From Candidatus Bathyarchaeia archaeon (GTDB lineage Archaea; Thermoproteota; Bathyarchaeia; Bathyarchaeales; Bathycorpusculaceae), in the NCBI GenBank assembly GCA_049515895.1, contig JBEKTQ010000002.1:123975-187974 (forward strand): DNA of 64,000 nt, given 5' to 3'. Both the position numbers and the translations under genes were made by a program. Position 1 is the stretch's first letter. Each line of letters starts with the position of its first letter. This document shows, one piece after another, positions 51,826 to 59,639 of the stretch. The notes under the pieces are model-generated. The model was not told the origin of the DNA. It searched no databases and saw only the letters and a list, made by a program, of their open reading frames with translations.

Positions 51826-52773
51826 ATGTTGCTTTTGGTCACTCCAATTCTAACTCTATTTCTAAATTGGAGCCTTCGGCGGGATTTGGACCCGCGACCA
51901 TTACCTTACCAAGAAGCCCGATTCATTGAACCAATGAGTTTTCGAGCTTTTGATTGGGTTGAATTCAAAAAATTCGTCCAGGGAAAATACCGCAAAACCA
52001 CCGCTAAAAGAGTCATGTGCTACGCTAACCGCTACTACCATGTACTTGAATCTGGCAACATCGGGCAACTCAATGCTGTCCCATCAACCGTCAGATCGGA
52101 AGTAATCAAAAGTCTCATCGTAATCTCGAAGTATATCGGGTGCTACGAGCAATTCAAGGCTTCTCTGAAAAGCTACGGAATCAAGGCTAGCAGGCCAGAC
52201 GCGCTTGCCGCCTTCGTCAGAATATACAACAATAACAATAGCAATTTGGACGAGTGGTTCGCCAAAGTCAAGCCAGTACTCACGCCACAGGAGAATTTGC
52301 TGCTGAAATTCTTGCGCCTGACAGGGCTACGATGCAGCGAGGGCATTGAAAGCTTCAACCTGATAATCGAGCTTTCGGAGAAGGGAAGATTATATGAGTA
52401 CCTCAGCGCTGAAACTGGGATCCTAGAGCATTTTCGTTACAAAGACAAATTCCTGCGCGGCACAAAGAATGCCTTCATCAGTATAGTGCCTGAAAGCTTG
52501 ATTGGCGAAATTACGGGGAGCCGGCCTGTAACTTATGCGGCCATCACAAAGAAACTTCAAAGACGAAAGATTCCGACTCGAATCAGCGAGCTACGGGATT
52601 ACTATGGCACCTTCATGATCAGGCATGGGCTCGTTGCACAGGAGGCAGACTTGCTTTGCGGGAGGATTCCGCCCAGTATATTTGTCAGACATTACTTTTC
52701 TCCAGCGATAAAGGAACTTAGAGAACGAACGTTGAAGGCTCTTGAAGAAATAAGCGTCAAAGGCCTTCAATAA
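51826..52773 (+). CDS. SSV1-like tyrosine integrase, C-terminal (intC) part
   Basis: TGLRCSE (catalytic R), GTK, ELR, LCGR, RHYF (catalytic Y). The att sequence encodes WSLRRDLDPRPLPYQ in frame. Confidence 0.88.
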   Translation: MLLLVTPILTLFLNWSLRRDLDPRPLPYQEARFIEPMSFRAFDWVEFKKFVQGKYRKTTAKRVMCYANRYYHVLESGNIGQLNAVPSTVRSEVIKSLIVISKYIGCYEQFKASLKSYGIKASRPDALAAFVRIYNNNNSNLDEWFAKVKPVLTPQENLLLKFLRLTGLRCSEGIESFNLIIELSEKGRLYEYLSAETGILEHFRYKDKFLRGTKNAFISIVPESLIGEITGSRPVTYAAITKKLQRRKIPTRISELRDYYGTFMIRHGLVAQEADLLCGRIPPSIFVRHYFSPAIKELRERTLKALEEISVKGLQ

Positions 52774-52897
52774 ATTGGGGGGTATAGAGGGAGGTCGAAA
52801 GGTCTTCAGTAAATTATCTAATCATCAGAACCTATAAAAATAAACAAAATAATTCGAAGTAGTCCCTTCCTATACCTCCCAAATCGTAGAAGGCCTT
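52760..52897 (+). repeat. family-A ~135-bp repeat, copy 1
   Basis: AAGGCCTTC...GAAGGCCTT terminal inverted repeat, inner GGGTATAGAGGGA / TCCCTTCCTATACC arms, core ATCATCAGAAC at 52821. Confidence 0.88.
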
Positions 52898-53203
52898 AGT
52901 CCCATTGCGGCAGCCAAGAACGGAACGGGGCAGATCCAGACTTACATACGCCGCGACTGCTGCCACCGATTTTCGTGACGGGGCAGGGAGAGATTTGGTC
53001 CTCATCCCATTGTCTGATCCTTTTATGGCGCAAAGTGCGCGACTATTTTTATTTAACAGCCTGCATTAGAGCATGTTGCCTGTGAAGAAAAACACGTTAG
53101 TCGGAGAAAGGATTAGTTGTCCTATTGATGATGTCGGGAACAAATTCTGAGGCACCTGAACCGGGCAAATGCAGACTTACATATGCCGCGACTGCGGCCT
53201 GCT

Positions 53204-53232
53204 GGAGAAGTCACCTGCATTTCCCTTTATTT
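53204..53232 (-). repeat. family-B element, truncated copy
   Basis: Reverse complement AAATAAAGGGAAATGCAGGTGACTTCTCC matches the copies at 61992 and 62782. Confidence 0.7.
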
Positions 53233-53263
53233 AGGCAGCGCATGAAAAGCAAGATCCTGAGTC

Positions 53264-54181
53264 CTAAATTATTCTGGCGCCCGTCAGGTTTCCCCATTGT
53301 AAATCAGCCGGCAAAGAGCGGCGATAGTTAATTTCTACAGAAAAGAAAAGCAGTGGAAAACTCTCGGAGAACACTTTGTAGTTTAATTTGCATAATCCCT
53401 CAATCTTTAGAATTGGTTGTCGCGGAATAAGATCCAACGCACTATGCAAGTATACCCCCTCTTCGTCAGCATGTATGGAAAAAATATCAACGGCTCCGAA
53501 ATCTCTTGGCAGAATTGTTCCTTGATATCCTTCTTTCTGACCCGCCCACTTCAGATAGCTTCTATCACTGCATTCAATCTTAGTTCCATCAGGGTATTCA
53601 ATGGTTTCCAGAATGCACACACTGTTGACCGCAGCAGCATCAGGTCTTCGATTTTCGATCTTCGCGTGCCAAATAAACTCCATATGTCGTCCCGTGTGAT
53701 CTCCATAAAGCATGGGTTTGGGAGTCACTTTGATTTCTGCAAGAACAAGGTTTCTAGAATAATCCTTAGTCCATTTTCGCCCTCTAACCGAACTCTCAAT
53801 TTTCTTGAGTAAATCCTCTTCGTCTTCAAAAATCTCGGGATTCGCCTGGACATACTTAAGAAAGCCTTCCAGCGGAGCCCCCTTTTCTTGAAATGCAATG
53901 ATCTCTTTGAACCCAAGATGATGCGCAAGAGCCAATTCTTGATGTGTAAACAATGAACAAGGCAATGTGTTTCCATTCTCTCTACGAAAATCAACGAACA
54001 GGTAATAGTCAGAAGATCTCAGTTCGTCTGTTATTTTCATGATGTCATTCAAACCTTGAATCTTAAAAGCCAAATAGTACTCAAGATCGAACTTCTCCTT
54101 CAACAGTTTACCTATTTTTTCCGCGATATTTTTCTCTCTTGGCGGTCTTTGACCGCAACTTATGAAAACTCTTCCAACCAT
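53264..54181 (-). CDS. TIR/DUF4062-like nucleotide-processing domain protein with beta-rich C-terminal domain
   Basis: RVFISCG...SDYYLF...S.FTHQELALA resembles the TIR/NDT flavodoxin-like fold with a catalytic Glu. Confidence 0.7.
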   Translation of the reverse strand: MVGRVFISCGQRPPREKNIAEKIGKLLKEKFDLEYYLAFKIQGLNDIMKITDELRSSDYYLFVDFRRENGNTLPCSLFTHQELALAHHLGFKEIIAFQEKGAPLEGFLKYVQANPEIFEDEEDLLKKIESSVRGRKWTKDYSRNLVLAEIKVTPKPMLYGDHTGRHMEFIWHAKIENRRPDAAAVNSVCILETIEYPDGTKIECSDRSYLKWAGQKEGYQGTILPRDFGAVDIFSIHADEEGVYLHSALDLIPRQPILKIEGLCKLNYKVFSESFPLLFFSVEINYRRSLPADLQWGNLTGARII

Positions 54182-54277
54182 AGGTTTTCATCTTCCTAAG
54201 TTGACTCGTGCTATTTCTCTTTGACTCTTATATTCTATAGGACTTGATTGAGGATAAAAAGTGCTCCTCAAAAAAAA

Positions 54278-54336
54278 GCGGAGCAGAATTTGAACCCATC
54301 CCCCGAGGAGATTTCACTTGTACAGTCCCTCTTTTT
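54278..54336 (-). repeat. family-B element
   Basis: Reverse complement AAAAAGAGGGACTGTACAAGTGAAATCTCCTCGGGGGATGGGTTCAAATTCTGCTCCGC. Confidence 0.65.
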
Positions 54337-54477
54337 CTTTACAGACAAAGAAAGAGGAAGTTTTGTTTTCAGGATCAGAAGTTTACTCAGAAAGACCAAA
54401 TAACTTGCTAAGTTCCTCCTGTTTCTCTTTTAACCTTATTTCATACCGTTCTTTATTCTGAACTTTTAGGGCAACTT

Positions 54478-55530
54478 CTAATTTGATGAGCCTGCCTCCT
54501 CTCCAAATTTGTTCTTAATTATTATAATTCTGTCTTCAAATTCAGTCGAAGCGCATTTCCCCAGATTAATAAGGGCTTTTTCAGGCTCTCCGTTTAACAC
54601 AATCAAATTTGATTTTTTGCATCTACAGAGATTCTCAATGATTGCAGCATTTATCGGGTAGTCTCTGAAAGAATATCCTATGACAATTAGTTTTTCCCAT
54701 TCTTGCGCTTTAAAAATGCTGTAGAAATTATGATACGGGTATTTTAGCATAGATTTTTCTTGAGTGGGGTAAATCATCATATTCTCTTGTATCATTGTTT
54801 TTGTTGAAAGTTTTTCAGGAGCTTCTAAAGTTTTGAAAATTGAATTTTCAAATTTGTATTCATAAAGAGATCCATGCAACTTAATTAGCCATCTGTTGTG
54901 TGCTTTTTCAGGAAAAATTGAGAAGTCCAAAATGCTTTGAGCAGGATCTTCCGATTGCCTAAAGCCATCAGTAAAACTTCGCTTTTTTGCTCGATGATAA
55001 ATCTCCAGAATATGATCATAATTTGTAGTTACAACCGTGTTCCCTACATCAACCTCAGTCTGGAAAGTATTACCCGCTTCTACCAAGGAGCTCATTTGGG
55101 GCTCGCGGTTCGGCACATATCGCACGTCTCTGAATTGTGATTCTTTTGCTATTCTAAAAAGTCTGTCATACACATTTACTATCTTAGTTTCATAAAATTT
55201 CTTTAGTGTGCATTCCTTCCAGACAAATTTTCGTAGCGACTGCAGCATTTCATTCAAGTCTTTTTTATAATAATCCTTTAGGTCCTTACCAACGTAGGCA
55301 GTAAATGGCCCACTTTGTTTCACTGAATCCTCAAGATTTGTTAGCCCTTCTACTATGCTATAAGCGGCTTCAAAATCGAGCGTCATTCCGTACTTAGTTA
55401 AGCCTAACTCAAGCTGTTTCGCCAATTCGCCATGACCATTTTGTTCAAACATTTTTACTATGTCTTGGCCCATTTCTTTTAATGTCTTGATTCCAAAAGG
55501 TCTTGATGCCCCTGCCCCTAAGAAAATCAT
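54478..55530 (-). CDS. SIR2-family (SIR2_2) protein
   Basis: FLGAGAS, VTTNYD, KLHGS, IGYSFRD motifs. The C-terminus probably extended to 54383 before a 1-nt deletion. Confidence 0.9.
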   Translation of the reverse strand: MIFLGAGASRPFGIKTLKEMGQDIVKMFEQNGHGELAKQLELGLTKYGMTLDFEAAYSIVEGLTNLEDSVKQSGPFTAYVGKDLKDYYKKDLNEMLQSLRKFVWKECTLKKFYETKIVNVYDRLFRIAKESQFRDVRYVPNREPQMSSLVEAGNTFQTEVDVGNTVVTTNYDHILEIYHRAKKRSFTDGFRQSEDPAQSILDFSIFPEKAHNRWLIKLHGSLYEYKFENSIFKTLEAPEKLSTKTMIQENMMIYPTQEKSMLKYPYHNFYSIFKAQEWEKLIVIGYSFRDYPINAAIIENLCRCKKSNLIVLNGEPEKALINLGKCASTEFEDRIIIIKNKFGEEAGSSN

Positions 55531-55877
55531 TTCATTCGCCTCCGTTAAATTGGCGTAATTGACTAATAATTCTTACCGAGCTGGTTCGACTGTCTTAAGG
55601 ATCATTCCCGCTGCGGATTTCATCGTGCGAACCCTTGGGAGACCGACGACAACAACCCCCGAAGTGATCCGCAGGAAATTTTTTTCTAATCCTGAAGATT
55701 TCATCTGCACAATTTTTTTTACTATTCTTGAAATTAAGCAATGCAATTTTGAAAGACTATTTTTGAAACCAGGTTAAGATTTTGGGTCGCTTTCTTAGCT
55801 TTTCTATTTAAGTGAGAAATCTTATATTTCCGCTACAACAATGAACGATACAGCGAGCAGATAAAAGATGGCGGACG

Positions 55878-56000
55878 AAATCTGGGGGGTATAGAGGAAG
55901 AAAGGCTTGTCTGATTTTACCTTATCATCAGAACATATAAAATACAATAAATAATTTTGAGGGTGTCTTATCCTATGGCAGCTAATCCGTGGAAGGCCTT
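55878..56000 (+). repeat. family-A repeat, copy 2 (left outer arm lost)
   Basis: GGGGGGTATAGAGGAAG...ATCATCAGAACATATAAAA (55924)...CTTATCCTAT...GGAAGGCCTT. Confidence 0.85.
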
Positions 56001-56034
56001 ATCTAAAGGCAGACGATAAGCCTGTCGAAGAACA

Positions 56035-56640
56035 ATGGCTGTCTTGTACCCAATTCAAGCCGACGTAGAGCAAACTTACGCCGGCTGGTCTGAGGAGTCA
56101 CCTCCCCTTTACAGGTACTATCTGTTCCGAGCCTGGGACGTGTCTAAGCCGTTGTTCGCTTTTATCGGAATGAATCCTTCCAAAGCCGATGAGCATTTCG
56201 ATGATCCGACGGTTCGCCGATGCATCAATTTTGCAAGGCGCGAAGGAGCTGGCCGATTCATCATGCTCAACGTGTATGGGTATCGAAGTACCGATGCTTC
56301 CGCCATTCGCAAGGTTGCAGACCCGAACGGACCCGAAAATGACTACTGGCTCAGAACTCATGTCAAAGAAGCCGACGTTGTAGTTGCGGCATGGGGCAGA
56401 AACGTTACCGACAGAGGCGGGAAAGTTCTGAAGATGATCAAAGGCTTGAATACTGTACATTGCTTGGGCATTAATGCAGACGGCAGCCCGAAGCATCCGT
56501 TATATCTGAAAGCCGACACCGCATTGCAGGTTTTACAAGAGAAATGGGGCACCAAGGCCCTCCAAAAACTTACCCCCCCTAGAGGGAAAGAGGTCATGAG
56601 TTTTATCTCATCATCAGAACATATAAAAAATATAAAATAA
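56035..56640 (+). CDS. DUF1643 domain protein
   Basis: YRY.L.R.W, FIGMNPSKAD, DDPTVRRC, VVAAWG, HPLY. The last ~28 codons are supplied by repeat copy 3. Confidence 0.88.
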   Translation: MAVLYPIQADVEQTYAGWSEESPPLYRYYLFRAWDVSKPLFAFIGMNPSKADEHFDDPTVRRCINFARREGAGRFIMLNVYGYRSTDASAIRKVADPNGPENDYWLRTHVKEADVVVAAWGRNVTDRGGKVLKMIKGLNTVHCLGINADGSPKHPLYLKADTALQVLQEKWGTKALQKLTPPRGKEVMSFISSSEHIKNIK

Positions 56641-56687
56641 TTTTTGATTTGATTTATCCTATCCCTGCCCATTTCTCGAAAGGCCTT
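56554..56687 (+). repeat. family-A repeat, copy 3
   Basis: AAGGCCCTCC...TAGAGGGAAAG...ATCATCAGAACATATAAAA (56610)...TTATCCTAT...GAAAGGCCTT. Confidence 0.85.
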
Positions 56688-56839
56688 TGCCCGACACAGT
56701 GTACGTTGTATAAGGTTAGCGTCGTAGATTGGCACTTTTCTAAAAAGGGACTTTCAGTTAGATTGCCCATAATCCTCATGCGAGGAGTTCCAGGCTAACT
56801 GGCTTCCCTGGCCTTTTACCTAGGCTTCTTATAAGATAG

Positions 56840-56952
56840 TTATTGGGATTTGAAGAGGGACGGCTTCATTGTTTTGGCCGCTTTGGATAAGTCGCCTTTT
56901 TGCGTCCGAATCTTTCTAGTTTTTCTGAGATGTCAATGTGGATGCGGCCCAA
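56840..56952 (-). pseudogene. degenerate ribbon-helix-helix protein
   Basis: (TTG)GRIHIDISEKLERFGRK/frameshift/GDLSKAAK resembles small archaeal RHH repressors. Confidence 0.45.
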
Positions 56953-57160
56953 TTTTAGTCACTTGTGTTTGCTGGTTACATTTTTTTGAAGGAAGTGAGC
57001 AGCCAATTCTTGTATTCAGTTTTTGTTTGTTTCATGTTTTGTCCCTTCGATTTCACTTATTCACACAAATGTATATATGCATACACACTTATAAGTGTAT
57101 GTGTTTAAGCGCGTAAAATACATGGGAATATTGCAGCGAACCAGAGGCATACGACCGTTC

Positions 57161-57294
57161 AAAGGTCTTCCAAAATCTTACCCCCATAGGAAGGAAGGCT
57201 TTTCTGGTTTAAGCTAATCATCAGAACACATAAGAATCAAATAAATAAATTCAAACTTATCTTCTCTCTACCCTCCAGTTTTCGGAAGACCTTT
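57161..57294 (+). repeat. family-A repeat, copy 4
   Basis: Perfect 11-bp terminal inverted repeat AAAGGTCTTCC / GGAAGACCTTT, core ATCATCAGAAC at 57217. Confidence 0.88.
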
Positions 57295-57335
57295 GCCACC
57301 GCATCAATAGCAAGACACGAGACCTCGGGGAAGAA

Positions 57336-57516
57336 ATGCGCCTGCTGGCAAATGCTGGATTAATAGCGGAAAACTGTAATCAAGTTACAGAATTCAGTAA
57401 CCAAAAAAGAGGCGCAAATCAAGTCTTTTCAATGAATCAGGGGGAAGAGTGGAGCCTTCGGCGGGATTTGGACCCGCGACCATTACCTTACCAAGGTAAC
57501 GCCCCACCGGGCTAGG
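57336..57516 (+). CDS. integrase N-terminal (intN) fragment
   Basis: ATG 57336 opens MRLLANAG...MNQGEEWSLRRDLDPRPLPYQ, in the same frame across att as intC. It stops inside the antisense tRNA. Confidence 0.65.
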
Positions 57517-57526
57517 CTACGAAGGC
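57450..57526 (-). tRNA. tRNA-Thr(GGT), CCA encoded; integration target
   Basis: Reverse complement GCCTTCG...TTACC-TT-GGT-AA-GGTAA...CGAAGGC-T-CCA. Confidence 0.96.
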
Positions 57527-57687
57527 GCGTGATGCCGTTACCGTGAAAGAACTGCTTCTTGGCAATAAAATGCTTACGGTTAATCAACTCCACAAATGGC
57601 AACAGTCCACACGATTCAGGTAGCCTAACGGGAAAAACTTCATATTAATTAGGTACAACAGAGTTTACCTCGTCTTGCATCACAGTT

Positions 57688-57772
57688 GCAGGGGTCTCCA
57701 AGTCTGGTCAAAGGAGTAGGGCTTAGGACCCTATCGCGCAGGCGTTCGTGGGTTCAAATCCCACCCCCTGCA
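57688..57772 (+). tRNA. tRNA-Leu(TAG)
   Basis: GCAGGGG acceptor stem, TAGGG-CT-TAG-GA-CCCTA, long variable arm, GGTTCAAATCC. Confidence 0.96.
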
Positions 57773-58119
57773 CTTTTTTGATTATTTTCTTGCTAATTTC
57801 TTGCTTTTTCGCAAAGAAAGAGCAAGGTATATTCACTTTAGTTGGGGTTCAAACCTCCAAGTCAATAAGGCACTTCGAATTCTGCAGGGTTCAAATCCCG
57901 CGGGTTCGCCATTGCTTAGACATTTACTCATTATTGTTTGATTGGGAACTGAATACTCAGTGGAGTATAGCTGTGCCTCGGTCTTTGGTTAAGAATAAAT
58001 TTACCGCCTTTGAGTCTGGCCTTATACTCGGTAAGAGGAGGTACAGAATTGAGCTGTTATTTCAGCTTGACTCGTTTCAAGCCTCCTTTTACATTTTTTC
58101 ATAGATGTTGATGTTTTCA

Positions 58120-58890
58120 CTAAATCATAATTGGCAGTATGCCAGGGATGAAAATTACTAATGTTCCATAGATTATCAAAATTATGGCTGCGATTTTCGC
58201 GATCTGCTTGCCAACATAGAGCGACTTTTCAGCAAAGATCAGTAGTGTGATAGCAGCCATAGCTGCCACGTTCATGACACCAAGTGGAAAGAGGATTATG
58301 AAGAGCAGCCAGCAGCAACCGAGACAGTAAAGGCTGTGTTCGAGTCCCATGCGAAATGAGCCCCAATAGCCTTCGCGCCAGGAGTGGAGAATAAAGTTCA
58401 CAGGTGTCCTGCACTTGGAAAGACAGGAGTTTTTGAGTGGTGAGAGTTGGTAGAGACCTGCCAGAATTATAACGCCTCCTCCTAAGCGAGCGGCGTTATC
58501 CATGAGCCACATGTACTGCTTTCCCAACTCCTGCGCCACCAATGCAGCTCCATAAGCAGGTACACCGACTATCGTCCAGACGAGAAGGTAAGAGCTGACA
58601 AAAATCCAGGTTGGCACGAAGGGGTGTCCGTGTTCACGCTTAGCAGCGTAAACCTTTGCGAATATCAAGATCATCGGTGCTGCAGTGGGGAACATAACCG
58701 CTACCATCATAACCATCCATATAGCAATAAACAGAGGAGCATCCATCCCCATCGTGACGCCCATTGCTTGCTTGTCTGACATAGTAGACTGCCAGACAAG
58801 AATCGCCCATGAGACAGCAGCTAAAATGAGCAGCAAAGCCAGTATCAGATTTCTCTCATTAGGCATGGGGTAAGTTTTTTTCGCTGCCAT
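58120..58890 (-). CDS. DUF2182 metal-binding integral membrane protein
   Basis: WMVMMVAVMFP, YQLSPLK..CL.KCR.P, YCLGCCW.L motifs. Confidence 0.9.
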   Translation of the reverse strand: MAAKKTYPMPNERNLILALLLILAAVSWAILVWQSTMSDKQAMGVTMGMDAPLFIAIWMVMMVAVMFPTAAPMILIFAKVYAAKREHGHPFVPTWIFVSSYLLVWTIVGVPAYGAALVAQELGKQYMWLMDNAARLGGGVIILAGLYQLSPLKNSCLSKCRTPVNFILHSWREGYWGSFRMGLEHSLYCLGCCWLLFIILFPLGVMNVAAMAAITLLIFAEKSLYVGKQIAKIAAIILIIYGTLVIFIPGILPIMI

Positions 58891-59024
58891 TGTTGTATGT
58901 TCCTTGTTAGGTGCTGCTAAAACAAACGTTCTGCGATTCTTAAGACCGCTGTGGAAAAATTCGCGGTGTTATCATTGCGCCGATAAATTACATTGTCCCT
59001 AAGCACGCCCGATGACGACCTTTA

Positions 59025-59639
59025 CTACGGAGCGTAAGCGAAACGAGAGTAGAAACCGTTCTTGCCAGTATTATCCCACTTTAGTCCGTGATCATGGTAT
59101 GTATTCTTGGTTGAACGTGAAATCACGGGATCGAAACCTGCACCAGCATAAAGCGAAGGATTTGTCACTGTTGCATCGCGCTTGGAATCGCCTCCCGTGA
59201 CACCTTCGACTTCAAGTTCCAAAACTTCTGGAGTGCTCATCCAGCGCCGCTTTCCTTCGAGCCCGAATTGAATTGGAGTAGTGCGAACGCCCATTATTTC
59301 GCCGATAAGGGCCGCAACGTTTTCTAAGAAGCCGCCAGCCTGCCCCGAGAAAATCTTGCTTAGCGCTTCTGCTTGCTCTTTAGTGGCGCGGTAGTCTATG
59401 TAGAGCGCTGCCCGCCATTTGGGTCCAGTGACCATATTTCCGGGTGTGTGGAAGATGCCCGCTACATTAAGCCCATCCAATTGGGTTGGGCCGTAGTGAC
59501 CATTTTGAATGTGCCAGCCGATGGTTAGTTTGCAGTCGCCCTCAGATGGATCGCCCAGAAAGATACATGGACAGATGGATTGACAGTTACATCCTTCGAA
59601 ATAGTCGCCTTCGACTTTCCAAGAAATTGCTTGGTTTAT
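59025..59639 (-). CDS. DUF1326 domain protein (probable ATA start)
   Basis: The upstream in-frame extension encodes WKVEGDYFEGCNCQSICPC...GDC, the family N-terminus. It is typically paired with DUF2182. Confidence 0.85.
   Translation of the reverse strand: MNQAISWKVEGDYFEGCNCQSICPCIFLGDPSEGDCKLTIGWHIQNGHYGPTQLDGLNVAGIFHTPGNMVTGPKWRAALYIDYRATKEQAEALSKIFSGQAGGFLENVAALIGEIMGVRTTPIQFGLEGKRRWMSTPEVLELEVEGVTGGDSKRDATVTNPSLYAGAGFDPVISRSTKNTYHDHGLKWDNTGKNGFYSRFAYAP

Larger units (their letters stand above)
51868..57495. mobile_element. integrated element at tRNA-Thr(GGT) with SSV-type split integrase
   Basis: Identical 46-bp direct repeats at 51868-51913 and 57450-57495 (tRNA 3' half). The integrase frame runs through the repeat. 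Confidence 0.9.

Noticed and set aside
52815-57230. Hammerhead ribozyme or C/D sRNA from the CTGATGA in the minus-strand core
   Set aside because: There is no conserved stem II plus GAAA, and a D-box CTGA at suitable distance is present in only one copy.
52760-57294. Family-A repeats as a CRISPR array
   Set aside because: The units are ~135 bp, divergent, and separated by 0.5-3 kb containing genes; no cas genes are present.
57845-57912. GGGTTCAAA T-arm-like snippets after tRNA-Leu as additional tRNAs
   Set aside because: No cloverleaf forms; they are at most degenerate att scars and too short to assign.
57748-58104. 118-aa ORF starting inside tRNA-Leu
   Set aside because: It begins in the T-arm and has no protein features.
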